DNA from: Nitrosococcus oceani ATCC 19707
GTDB taxonomy: Bacteria > Pseudomonadota > Gammaproteobacteria > Nitrosococcales > Nitrosococcaceae
Assembly: GCF_000012805.1 (NCBI RefSeq)
Contig: NC_007484.1
Span: 2,340,001 to 2,372,000 of the forward strand
Length of the DNA stretch: 32,000 nucleotides
Direction of reading: 5' to 3'
Notes under the pieces: model-generated
The model's input: only the letters and a program-made list of their open reading frames with translations
Told to the model about the DNA's origin: nothing
The model's database searches: none
Position numbers and translations under genes: made by a program
Shown: in pieces, positions 20,172 through 28,496 of the stretch
Layout: each line of letters opens with the position of its first letter
Position numbering within the stretch: the first letter of the stretch is position 1

Positions 20172-20373
20172 GGTAGTCTCCAGTTTTTTACATTCTGGTA
20201 AGCGCGTGTTGCCATCAACTGACGAATACGCCTCTACCTAATAGTTTGAAATAATTTTATATTTAAAGGCGTGACGACGCTCAAAGATACCTGCCCGACT
20301 AGTGCTCCAATATTCATAGAAAGGATGTTTATCAGAAACCAGGCAGAAAACTATTAAAGTGTCTTAAAGGGCA

Positions 20374-20436
20374 GTGGCATTGGCAAATACGGCGCCCATT
20401 TTGAGGATCAGCACTGCGACGGTGATCAATGAGTTA
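20374..20436 (+). pseudogene. 5' fragment of a small RHH-type gene disrupted by IS630 (tentative)
   Basis: The open frame from GTG 20374 reads VALANTAPILRISTATVINEL up to the TA target. It joins in frame with 21339-21493 once the IS and one TA copy are removed. Confidence 0.35.
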
Positions 20437-20488
20437 TATCTAAATTTATAAATATTGAGACATTTGTGTTATATTCATTCATACTGTT

Positions 20489-20824
20489 GTGATGAGATGT
20501 TCAATTGATTTGCGCAAACGAGTAATCGATTTTGTAAGGGGCGGTGGAAGCAAGGCGGAAGCGGCCCGGAGATTTCAGGTAGGCCGCGCGAGCATTTATC
20601 GCTGGTTGTCGCAGGATGATGCGCTGTGTTACGAGCGTCCCGGCCCTCGCCGTTCACACAAGCTGGACTGGGAGGCTTTACGGGTCCATGTGGAAGACAA
20701 GGCTGCTCTCACCTATAAAGAACGCGCCCGGCATTTTGGCGTTTCGTATTACTGTATTTGGCATGCGATGCACAAAATGGGGTTAACCCGTAAAAAAAAT
20801 GACGGGGTACACGCAGCGCTGTAA
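20489..20824 (+). CDS. IS630-family transposase, N-terminal HTH part (orfA frame)
   Basis: The paired HTH region is IDLRKRVIDFVRGGGSKAEAARRFQVGRASIYRW ... TYKERARHFGVSYYCIWHAMHKMGLTRKK. It runs into an A8 tract at 20792-20799. Confidence 0.8.
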   Translation: MMRCSIDLRKRVIDFVRGGGSKAEAARRFQVGRASIYRWLSQDDALCYERPGPRRSHKLDWEALRVHVEDKAALTYKERARHFGVSYYCIWHAMHKMGLTRKKNDGVHAAL

Positions 20825-21323
20825 TATGAAAAGAAAGAGCTTTCTTCGCCTTCGTGAACGCTATCGCCGCCGCGGCAAAAGATTTGTCTATCTTGATGAA
20901 AGCGGTTTTGAGCCGGAGGTTTCCCGTCGTTACGCTTACGCTCCAAAGGGGCGGCGTGTTTATGGTCTGATCTCCGGTCATCGCAGACCGCGAACCTCTT
21001 TATTGGCCGCCCGTATGGATGAAGGCTTTGAAGCGCCGTTTCTATTTGAGGGAACCTGTAACACGGCTGTGTTCAATGCATGGCTGGAAAAAGAGCTTTG
21101 CCCCTTGCTCAACAGCAACCACATTGTCATCATGGATAATGCTCCGTTCCACAAAGCCGTTTCTTCACGTGAAATCATCAAAAAAACAGGGGCGGGAATT
21201 TTATTCCTCCCCCCTTATTCCCCTGACTTTAACCCCATAGAAAAAGACTTCGGAAATATCAAAAAAATCAGAGAATACAACGAACATGAAACCCTTGAGA
21301 ATATCGTTGCAGCGTATCAGTAA
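20799..21323 (+). CDS. IS630-family transposase, DDE catalytic part (orfB frame)
   Basis: The catalytic motifs are VYLDESGF (D), IVIMDNAPFH (D) and PPYSPDFNPIE (E). Reading A7 instead of A8 would give one continuous ORF of about 277 aa (..TRKKMTGYTQR..). Confidence 0.85.
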   Translation: MTGYTQRCNMKRKSFLRLRERYRRRGKRFVYLDESGFEPEVSRRYAYAPKGRRVYGLISGHRRPRTSLLAARMDEGFEAPFLFEGTCNTAVFNAWLEKELCPLLNSNHIVIMDNAPFHKAVSSREIIKKTGAGILFLPPYSPDFNPIEKDFGNIKKIREYNEHETLENIVAAYQ

Positions 21324-21338
21324 TTATAGATTTAGCTA

Positions 21339-21493
21339 TAAAAAAAAACCAAGCCGCATTCGTTAAATTGAGAAATTTGTGGAAAAATCGAACCCTGAGC
21401 GAGCTCATTAGAGACGCCGTGACAAGCTGCCAAGTTTTTTTCTCGGGCTCGAAAGTTGTTTCGATCATGCCCCGCCTGATAAGGATTTTTTGA
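21339..21493 (+). pseudogene. 3' fragment of the small RHH-type gene disrupted by IS630 (tentative)
   Basis: The frame reads (L)KKNQAAFVKLRNLWKNRTLSELIRDAVTSCQVFFSGSKVVSIMPRLIRIF*. The segment RTLSELIRDAV resembles helix 2 of CopG/Arc/MetJ RHH proteins (xSELIRxAL). Confidence 0.4.
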
Positions 21494-21832
21494 ACCTCAC
21501 CAGCTTGGATATATTTCAGAGATTGACTATAAGAGAATTTCTTCTTGCCCCGTTTTGAAGATTGAACAGGACACGAGTACTAGCCTGTAGGGCAGGAATA
21601 AAAACCAAGACCTTCGCCAAAAGTGCATCTTTGCGGGCTTATTGATTCCGGCCTCTAATTTCTGGTGGCTACGGATATCTCTCCGTTTTCAAAGAGGAAA
21701 GTTTTGACTGCGTAACGCAATAAAATTGAATTTACTTAATTTTAGCTTTACAAATATAGAAGCAACTAAAAATTTCCTCCGCCATTAGAATATGCTTATG
21801 AAATACCCTCATTAGGAGATAACATAGCCACC

Positions 21833-23671
21833 ATGGATAAACACAATTACCCTGCCATTAGTGATTATGGCTATATTTCCGATTGCCATTCCTCCGCCCT
21901 GATCTCGAAATCCGGTTCCATCGACTGGTGCTGCATGCCACGGGTGGATTCCCGCAGCTGTTTTGGCCGTCTTCTGGGCTGGGAGCAAGGCGGGTACTGT
22001 CAAATCGCTCCGCCAGAACCCCATGAAGTATCCCGCCGTTACCTCCCTCAGACGCTGATTCTGGAAACCACCTTTCGAACGAGCGAGGGAGAAGCCCGTC
22101 TCCTGGATTGTTTTACGCTGCGGGAAGGGGGGAAACAGCACCCTCACCGGCAGATCCTCAGGGTACTTGAAGGGCTAAAAGGGCAGGTGAGCTTCCGCGT
22201 CGATATTGCGCCACGCTTCGATTACGGCGCTATCAAACCTTGGATTCAGCGGCGCCATAATAATCATTCTGGCGATTATTATATTGTGATAGGAGGCAGT
22301 GATGGGTTACTCATCTCCAACGATTTTCGCCTGGAAATGAAGGATCGCCATAATCTTCAAGGCGCTTGCCATATTAAAGAAGGGCAACGAGTTCATCTCT
22401 CCCTTTTATACCGGCGCCCGGAAAGTCTTGATGAAGGCTGGGCTAATATCCCTACTATCGAAACGCTGGACCAGCGCTTGGAAGAAACTATCAAATGGTG
22501 GCATGCCTGGTTCTCCCAGGGCGAATTTAACGGCCCCCATGCTGAACAAGCGCAGCGTTCGGCCCTTGTCCTCAAGGGCTTATGCAATGCGCCTACGGGG
22601 GCTATCGCGGCGGCCTCCACAACATCTCTTCCGGAAGCGCCCGGCGGGGAGCGGAACTGGGATTATCGTTTTACTTGGATTCGGGACTCTACCTTTACGG
22701 TCAGATCACTGGCGGATCTTGGATATATCAAGGAGGCAGATGGTTTTCGCCGTTTTATCGAGCGGACTGCAGCTGGATGTGCGGACGAAGTCCAGATTTT
22801 ATTTGGTGTGGGGGGAGAACGGCGACTGCATGAATTTGAGATTAAAGAATTGCCAGGATACCGGGGAGCAAAGCCAGTGCGCCAAGGCAATGCGGCGGAA
22901 AAACAAATCCAACTAGATGTTTATGGAGAATTATTGGAGTTAGCCTGGCGCTGGCGCCAGCGGGGGCAAACCCCAGACGAAGATTATTGGGAATTCCTAG
23001 CGGGCCTTGTGAATGCAGCGGGTGAGCGTTGGAAAGAGCCAGATCAAGGTCTTTGGGAGATGCGCGGTGAACCCCGTCATTTCGTCCACTCCAAGGTCAT
23101 GTGTTGGGCGGCCTTAGATCGAGGGATCAAACTGGCTGCAGACCTTGATAATCATGCGCCTCTTGAGTGGTGGAAGCAGGAACGGAAAGCGGTCCGCCAA
23201 GCAGTGGAAGAGAAGGGCTATGATTTCCAGCGCGGTATTTTTATTCAGGCCTTTGATCATGTTGAGATGGACGCGGGTTTATTGTTATTGCCCGTGGTGG
23301 GATTCGTGGATTATCAGGACGAACGCATGATACGGACCACAAACGCCGTATGGCGGGACTTGGAACAAGAAGGTCTGCTGCGCCGCTATAGAGCGGAAAG
23401 TCACGATGATGGCCTGCAGGGCAAGGAAGGCGTGTTTCTGGCTTGCTCCTTTTGGCTGGCGGAATGCCTGGCTTACCAAGGCCGCCTGGAAGAGGCGCGC
23501 GAGGTGTTCACGCAGGCAGCGGCTACCGGCAATGATCTTGGCCTTTATTCAGAGGAATACGATACCGAAAAAAAGGAGATGTTGGGCAACTTTCCCCAAG
23601 GTTTGACTCACCTTTCCCTGATTGCCGCCGCGGTAGCCCTGTCAAAGGTGGCAGAAGTGGGAGGGAACTAA
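21833..23671 (+). CDS. Glycoside hydrolase family 15 protein (glucoamylase / trehalase-like)
   Basis: 612-aa ORF. The N-terminus YGYISDCHSSALISKSGSIDWCCMPRxDS and the later NWDYRFTWIRDS and LPEAPGG segments are typical of bacterial GH15 proteins. Confidence 0.85.
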   Translation: MDKHNYPAISDYGYISDCHSSALISKSGSIDWCCMPRVDSRSCFGRLLGWEQGGYCQIAPPEPHEVSRRYLPQTLILETTFRTSEGEARLLDCFTLREGGKQHPHRQILRVLEGLKGQVSFRVDIAPRFDYGAIKPWIQRRHNNHSGDYYIVIGGSDGLLISNDFRLEMKDRHNLQGACHIKEGQRVHLSLLYRRPESLDEGWANIPTIETLDQRLEETIKWWHAWFSQGEFNGPHAEQAQRSALVLKGLCNAPTGAIAAASTTSLPEAPGGERNWDYRFTWIRDSTFTVRSLADLGYIKEADGFRRFIERTAAGCADEVQILFGVGGERRLHEFEIKELPGYRGAKPVRQGNAAEKQIQLDVYGELLELAWRWRQRGQTPDEDYWEFLAGLVNAAGERWKEPDQGLWEMRGEPRHFVHSKVMCWAALDRGIKLAADLDNHAPLEWWKQERKAVRQAVEEKGYDFQRGIFIQAFDHVEMDAGLLLLPVVGFVDYQDERMIRTTNAVWRDLEQEGLLRRYRAESHDDGLQGKEGVFLACSFWLAECLAYQGRLEEAREVFTQAAATGNDLGLYSEEYDTEKKEMLGNFPQGLTHLSLIAAAVALSKVAEVGGN

Positions 23672-23705
23672 GCCCCCCTACCCCTTCGGGTTTAATCAAC
23701 TCATC

Positions 23706-24965
23706 TCAAAATCCCCGTAATTCGATGGCGTGTTTTACCCGGCCTGTTGCAATCACATAGGCCGCCTCCCGGTAAGAAAGAGAGTCTTCTTCCGCCTTTT
23801 TTCGTACATTATCCCACGCTTTTTTTAAAGTCTTTTCCAACCTTTGATGGACTGTTTCCCGTTCCCAACGATAACGCTGTAAGTTTTGCGCCCATTCAAA
23901 ATAGGAAACGGTGACACCGCCGGCATTGGCTAGAATATCTGGCGCCACCGGGATACCTCGATCCCGGAAGATCTCGGCCGCCTCGCAGGTCGTGGGCAGG
24001 TTACCCCCTTCCACAATTAGGCGGGCCTTTACTTGATCGGCGTTGTTCTCGTGTAATACTCCCCCTACAGCCGCGGGTATCAGGAGATCTACCTCCAGGG
24101 TGAGCAGTTCTTCATTGCTGATGGCTTCGCCTTTTCTGGCTAGCTCCAGAGCTGAAGCAGACTTTTCCTCGGCTTCCTTGGAATGAACAATAGTTTCAAT
24201 ATCGAAGCCATCACCACTATAGACTCCCCCTCGAACATCGCTGATAGCCACCACTTTGGCCCCTCTTTCCGCCAGGAAGCGGGCCGCGCAACTGCCTACA
24301 TTGCCAAAACCTTGGATAGCCACCGTCGCGCCGGTAAGATTAAGTTTTTCCGCTTGAGCAGCCCAGGCGGCTACCATGGCCACCCCCCGACCAGTAGCTT
24401 CAGCCCGGCCATAGGAGCCCCCTAATCCCACAGGCTTCCCTGTGACTACGGCTGGCTCATCGCCCTCTCCCTGGGAATAAGCATCGTAAAGCCAAGCCAT
24501 GGTTTGGGCATTGGTTCCCATATCTGGCGCCAGAATATCTTGATCCGGCCCCACTAGGGGACCTAATTTTATTATAAAGCGCTTGGTTAACGTTTCTAGT
24601 TCCGAGGAGGAGAGCGCGCAGGGATCGCAATCTATTCCCCCCTTGGCACCACCGAAAGGAATATCCACGAGCGCCGTTTTCCAGGTCATGATGGAAGCAA
24701 GGGCATGGGAATGCTCCCAATTTACGCTAGGGTGGTAGCGAATGCCTCCCTTAAAGGGTCCGCGGCTATGATTATGTTGCACCCGGTAGCCGTGAAAAAC
24801 GGCTAGAGAGCCATCTTTCCGAATCAAGGGCAATTCGAATTTTATTTCCCGATAGGAGGCCTGGAGCAGATGCTCCATTGCTTCACTAGCACCAATCCGC
24901 CGCAGGGCCTGGGCGAGATAGCTGTCCGCGCATTGCTGGGGATTATAGGTTTTTGTTGAATTCAA
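23706..24965 (-). CDS. gdh: Glutamate dehydrogenase (Glu/Leu/Phe/Val dehydrogenase family)
   Basis: 419-aa ORF with FKGGIRYHP, the catalytic-Lys motif PFGGAKGG, and a GFGNVG dinucleotide loop. Confidence 0.9.
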   Translation of the reverse strand: MNSTKTYNPQQCADSYLAQALRRIGASEAMEHLLQASYREIKFELPLIRKDGSLAVFHGYRVQHNHSRGPFKGGIRYHPSVNWEHSHALASIMTWKTALVDIPFGGAKGGIDCDPCALSSSELETLTKRFIIKLGPLVGPDQDILAPDMGTNAQTMAWLYDAYSQGEGDEPAVVTGKPVGLGGSYGRAEATGRGVAMVAAWAAQAEKLNLTGATVAIQGFGNVGSCAARFLAERGAKVVAISDVRGGVYSGDGFDIETIVHSKEAEEKSASALELARKGEAISNEELLTLEVDLLIPAAVGGVLHENNADQVKARLIVEGGNLPTTCEAAEIFRDRGIPVAPDILANAGGVTVSYFEWAQNLQRYRWERETVHQRLEKTLKKAWDNVRKKAEEDSLSYREAAYVIATGRVKHAIELRGF

Positions 24966-24995
24966 TGCAGGTTCCTACCATTCTATAAAAAATAA

Positions 24996-26138
24996 CTAAT
25001 GTTCTTCCGCCCATTGATAGAAACGAGGCAAGATCAGTCCAGTAAACAAGATCTTGGCACAAGCGGCCATGGGAATACAGAGCAAGAGCCCGTAGAGACC
25101 GCCCATCGTCCCGCCAATCAGCACTACGATAATAACAGTGATGGCGCCCAAATTGAGACTACGCCCTTGAATCCAGGGCGTGAGCAACCAACCATCGATA
25201 AATTGGACGACGCCATAGACGAAGCTAGGCCAGATAATTACCAACCATAAGTCAAAATCGCCACTAAAGCCTATTGCTAAACCTTTTGAAAGGATGGCCG
25301 CGAGCCAGGCCAATGCCGCCAAGTAGGGAATAAAATTCAATATTCCAGCACTAATCCCAAGCACTAACCAATAGGGTACATCCGCGAATAGCGGCGACCA
25401 TCCCAGAGAAAATAATCCGGCAGTAACCAGAACAATCACCAAGCGCCCACGGAAAAAAGCCGCTACCGCTTCATCCATTTCCTTGATGATGGCAAGGGTT
25501 TGGTCTTTTTCCCGCGCCGGCATGAGATCCTTTATTTTTCTTATGATAGCGCCAAAATGCCAGGCAATCATAAAAAAGTAGAATGGAATTAACAAAGCCA
25601 TCGTGCCGATATAGACGGCGGTGCCCAGAATGTGTCGCACCACTGTGACGGCTTGGGTCGTACCGATAAGCAAGATTTCAGTATTTTCAACGATAAACCC
25701 TACCGGATTTTCTTCCAAGTGCTGAACCCATTTTTCTAGCTTGGCCCGCAAAGACTTTAGAAGATGAATATCGTATTCAGTGGCAAGAGTTTGAAGATAG
25801 TCAATGAGCCCGCGCAGCAACTCTGCAAATTGTTTAAGGAACTCCGGCCCTAGCCATGCCAGTAGAGACATGCCGCCTATAATGACCAGGGCAAGAATCA
25901 GGCTGATTGTCACGGGCCTGGGCATCTTGCAATACCGTTCCCCCCAACGAATCAGGGGATCAAATAAATAGGCAAAGGCAAAGGCTATAAGCAAGGGGAT
26001 AAAAATAGCCCGCAGTTGATAACCGAACCATAACAGGAACGCGCCAAGAAAAATCCATAGTACATCACGTACCGGCACGATCTGCCAGAGATGGCGCTGA
26101 TACCAGGGAAGTAATTTCAAGGGCTTATCAACGGCCAA
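24996..26138 (-). CDS. AI-2E family transporter (PerM / UPF0118)
   Basis: 380-aa polytopic membrane ORF with an AI-2E-like layout, including NFIPYLAAL and a C-terminal GGLYGLLLCIPMAA segment. Confidence 0.75.
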   Translation of the reverse strand: MAVDKPLKLLPWYQRHLWQIVPVRDVLWIFLGAFLLWFGYQLRAIFIPLLIAFAFAYLFDPLIRWGERYCKMPRPVTISLILALVIIGGMSLLAWLGPEFLKQFAELLRGLIDYLQTLATEYDIHLLKSLRAKLEKWVQHLEENPVGFIVENTEILLIGTTQAVTVVRHILGTAVYIGTMALLIPFYFFMIAWHFGAIIRKIKDLMPAREKDQTLAIIKEMDEAVAAFFRGRLVIVLVTAGLFSLGWSPLFADVPYWLVLGISAGILNFIPYLAALAWLAAILSKGLAIGFSGDFDLWLVIIWPSFVYGVVQFIDGWLLTPWIQGRSLNLGAITVIIVVLIGGTMGGLYGLLLCIPMAACAKILFTGLILPRFYQWAEEH

Positions 26139-26141
26139 TGG

Positions 26142-26753
26142 TTATCCTTGCCTGCATCTTCGCCGCCGCAGTAAATACAACATTGTTGCTAGCAGAATGG
26201 ATACCCCTAAACCAATCACATAGGGTTCTGCTTTTTTGATGAGAAAAAATGCTTCCTGGACATGCTCTCCCAGAATATAGGCGCCAATACCCCATAGCCC
26301 TACCCATAATGTAACTCCCAGGATAAGGCAAAGAATAAAGCGCCAGATCGGCATTCCCATCGTCCCGGCAAGAAAGCCGTTAAGCTGCCGCAGCAACTCA
26401 AAGAATGGAGCGATGACCACTAATCCACTACCATAATGATCAAAATAGTGCTCGATACGGGAAAGCCGGGTGGGGTTGACTATCTTGAGCCGTTCTCCAT
26501 AACGAAGAATCCCCTGTCGGCCAACGTAATACCCCAATCCGTAGCCTAACAGGTTGCCTGCAATAGCGCCGCTCCAAGCCGCGAATAGCACTAAGTAAAT
26601 CTGCATATCGCCGCGGGCAGCCATCAAGCTAGCACCGATAAGCAGGAGTTGTCCCGGCATGGGAATAAGCACACCTTCCAATAAATTACCGATAAAAAGA
26701 ATCCCATAGCCATAGTGCTCTAAGTAGGGTACGAGCCACTGGAGATGTTCCAT
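26142..26753 (-). CDS. DedA family (SNARE-associated) membrane protein
   Basis: 203-aa ORF. The YGYGILFIGNLLEGVLIPMPG N-terminal motif and size are typical of DedA. Confidence 0.8.
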   Translation of the reverse strand: MEHLQWLVPYLEHYGYGILFIGNLLEGVLIPMPGQLLLIGASLMAARGDMQIYLVLFAAWSGAIAGNLLGYGLGYYVGRQGILRYGERLKIVNPTRLSRIEHYFDHYGSGLVVIAPFFELLRQLNGFLAGTMGMPIWRFILCLILGVTLWVGLWGIGAYILGEHVQEAFFLIKKAEPYVIGLGVSILLATMLYLLRRRRCRQG

Positions 26754-26806
26754 TGGCGTTTGCTCCGGATGAAAAAAATTCCTTAAGGAAAGGCGGCCTC
26801 CCAGAG

Positions 26807-27937
26807 CTAATTCCGGCGTTGCTCCAAAGTCGCTAGCAACTGGTTATAAGGCTCAATGAACTGGGCTATTCCTTCCTTCTCCAAATTTTCATCCACAATG
26901 CGCAGGTCAATTTTCAGTTCCGCTAGCTGGTGCATGATGTCGGAAGCCTCATGAACCGCCGTCCATATCCGGATTTCAGGTTGCCCGTGTTCCCGATAGG
27001 CATCCAGGGTGGCCATGGGCATGGCATTCACCGTTTCTGGACCGATAAGGGAGTCCACGTATTTAGTATCGCTGTAAAAGGGATCCTTAGTAGAGGTGGA
27101 AGTCCACAGCAAGCGTTGTTTCCGGCCTTCTCGTTCGGCAAGCTGTTCCCAGCTGGACTGCTCATAGAATTCTCCAAAGCGCTCATAGGCAAATCCCGCA
27201 CTGGCCAGAGCCGCTTTGCCCCGCAGCCCACGGGCTATTTCAGTGCGGTAGGAATCACTTTCCCTAGCGATTTCATCCAGAAGACGATCCACCTTAAGAT
27301 CAATCCGACCCAGGAAAAAACTAGCGACCGAAGCCACCCGGTTAATCGGCTGCCCCCTTGCCAAACGTTTCTCCAACCCCCCTCTATAAGCATGGGCCAT
27401 TTCCAGATAACGTCCTACGGAAAACAGAAGGGTGACATTCACATTAATGCCGTCGCTGATGAGTTGTTCGATGGCGGGTAACCCGGCTTTGGTAGCGGGG
27501 ATGGCAAGCATGATATTAAGCCGATCAACCTCTTGCCACAAACGTCTCGCCTCCTGCACCGTGGCCTCGGTATCATGGGCGAGCAGAGGGGAAATTTCCA
27601 GACTAACAAAACCATCCCGTCCCTCGGTTTGACGGTAAAGCGATTGGAAATGATCAGCAGCTAGGCGGGCATCTTCCACTATCAGATGTTCATAGATTTC
27701 ACTGGCCGAGTAGTCTGCCTTGGCTTCCTTTTCTATAACAGCTTGATAACAGTTATCTTGCGTAATCGCTTTCCCGAAAGTAGCAGGGCTAATACTGAGA
27801 CCCGCAAGGCCGTATGCTTCAATCAAATGCTCTAAGGTACCATCCGTAAGTTTCTGACGGTCAATACCATTGAGCCAAATCGATTGGCCTAGCTCACGCA
27901 ACAGGACTAAGCTATTTTTATTCTCTGCAGGGTTCAT
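26807..27937 (-). CDS. Transaldolase-family protein (long type) lacking the catalytic Schiff-base lysine
   Basis: 376-aa ORF with a GAGGT SD. It resembles long transaldolases from end to end (GQSIWL..., DGFVSLEISPLLAHDTE, INVNVTLLFS, SVASFFLGRID, LWTSTSTKDPxYSDTKYV). The active-site motif, however, reads NIMLAIPATKAGLPAI, with Ala145 where Lys is expected. Confidence 0.8.
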   Translation of the reverse strand: MNPAENKNSLVLLRELGQSIWLNGIDRQKLTDGTLEHLIEAYGLAGLSISPATFGKAITQDNCYQAVIEKEAKADYSASEIYEHLIVEDARLAADHFQSLYRQTEGRDGFVSLEISPLLAHDTEATVQEARRLWQEVDRLNIMLAIPATKAGLPAIEQLISDGINVNVTLLFSVGRYLEMAHAYRGGLEKRLARGQPINRVASVASFFLGRIDLKVDRLLDEIARESDSYRTEIARGLRGKAALASAGFAYERFGEFYEQSSWEQLAEREGRKQRLLWTSTSTKDPFYSDTKYVDSLIGPETVNAMPMATLDAYREHGQPEIRIWTAVHEASDIMHQLAELKIDLRIVDENLEKEGIAQFIEPYNQLLATLEQRRN

Positions 27938-27962
27938 AAAAGTTACCTCATCGGCTTGGGGT

Positions 27963-27977
27963 TTGAAAATTTTTCAA
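27963..27977. promoter_or_regulatory. Perfect palindrome upstream of the tal-like gene
   Basis: TTGAAAA-T-TTTTCAA lies 26-40 nt upstream of the tal-like ATG, in the divergent intergenic region. Confidence 0.25.
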
Positions 27978-28060
27978 TCTCCAAATATTTTCTATAGTTA
28001 TAGTTTAGACAACCTCTCCCTTAGAAAGGGTGAAAAATTTTATTGCCCCCCATATACCCC

Positions 28061-28088
28061 TTGACTTACAGAGAGTGCCTGCTATATT
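28061..28088 (+). promoter_or_regulatory. Sigma70-like promoter of the membrane-protein/regulator operon
   Basis: TTGACT (28061-28066), a 16-nt spacer, then TATATT (28083-28088). An AAAGGAGA SD lies at about 28120, ahead of ATG 28134. Confidence 0.4.
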
Positions 28089-28092
28089 TTAG

Positions 28093-28106
28093 CAAGTGAT
28101 CGCTTG
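28093..28106. promoter_or_regulatory. Candidate operator palindrome CAAG-N6-CTTG
   Basis: CAAGTGATCGCTTG starts 5 nt downstream of the -10 element and overlaps the predicted transcription start. Confidence 0.3.
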
Positions 28107-28133
28107 TATAAATAAGAGAAAAAGGAGATAAAT

Positions 28134-28496
28134 ATGTTACTTTACTGGGCATTAGGGCTGTTTCTGGCGGGGGCGCTGGGCGGCGCGGTGATGGCTACCC
28201 GCAGTTTCCGTGGACAAGAGATTCCGTGGCTGCTAGCGGCGGGACATGGGGTGTTGGTCGCCTCCGGTCTGGTGTTGCTGATAGCCGCGGTAATTCTAGG
28301 TACGGCATCGGGGATACTCAAAATTGCTCTGGGAATATTGATTGTTGCGGCACTAGGGGGCTTTTATCTGTTGAGCTTTCAGGTACGCCAGGAGCCCCAT
28401 CCCCGACAGTTGATCATAATCCACGCCCTGCTCGCGGTAACGGGTGTCCTGCTCTTACTGTGGACCCTATTGCAGCAACCACCTAGCGTATTATGA
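28134..28496 (+). CDS. Small 4-TM membrane protein, hypothetical
   Basis: 120-aa ORF with four hydrophobic segments and a good SD. Its stop overlaps the start of the next gene (ATGA). Confidence 0.6.
   Translation: MLLYWALGLFLAGALGGAVMATRSFRGQEIPWLLAAGHGVLVASGLVLLIAAVILGTASGILKIALGILIVAALGGFYLLSFQVRQEPHPRQLIIIHALLAVTGVLLLLWTLLQQPPSVL

Larger units (their letters stand above)
20437..21338 (+). mobile_element. IS630-family insertion sequence (about 0.9 kb) flanked by TA
   Basis: The terminal inverted repeats are TATCTAAATTTATAAATATTGAGAC (20437-20461) and the reverse complement of 21314-21338, TAGCTAAATCTATAATTACTGATAC. They match at 20 of 25 positions. TA dinucleotides lie at 20435-20436 and 21339-21340. 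The transposase is in two frames. Confidence 0.8.

Noticed and set aside
21268-21468. 66-aa minus-strand ORF, and other frames in 21341-21832, as a transposase or toxin remnant
   Set aside because: There are no recognisable motifs. The plus-strand RHH-like frame explains the local open reading better. The remainder has stops in all frames.
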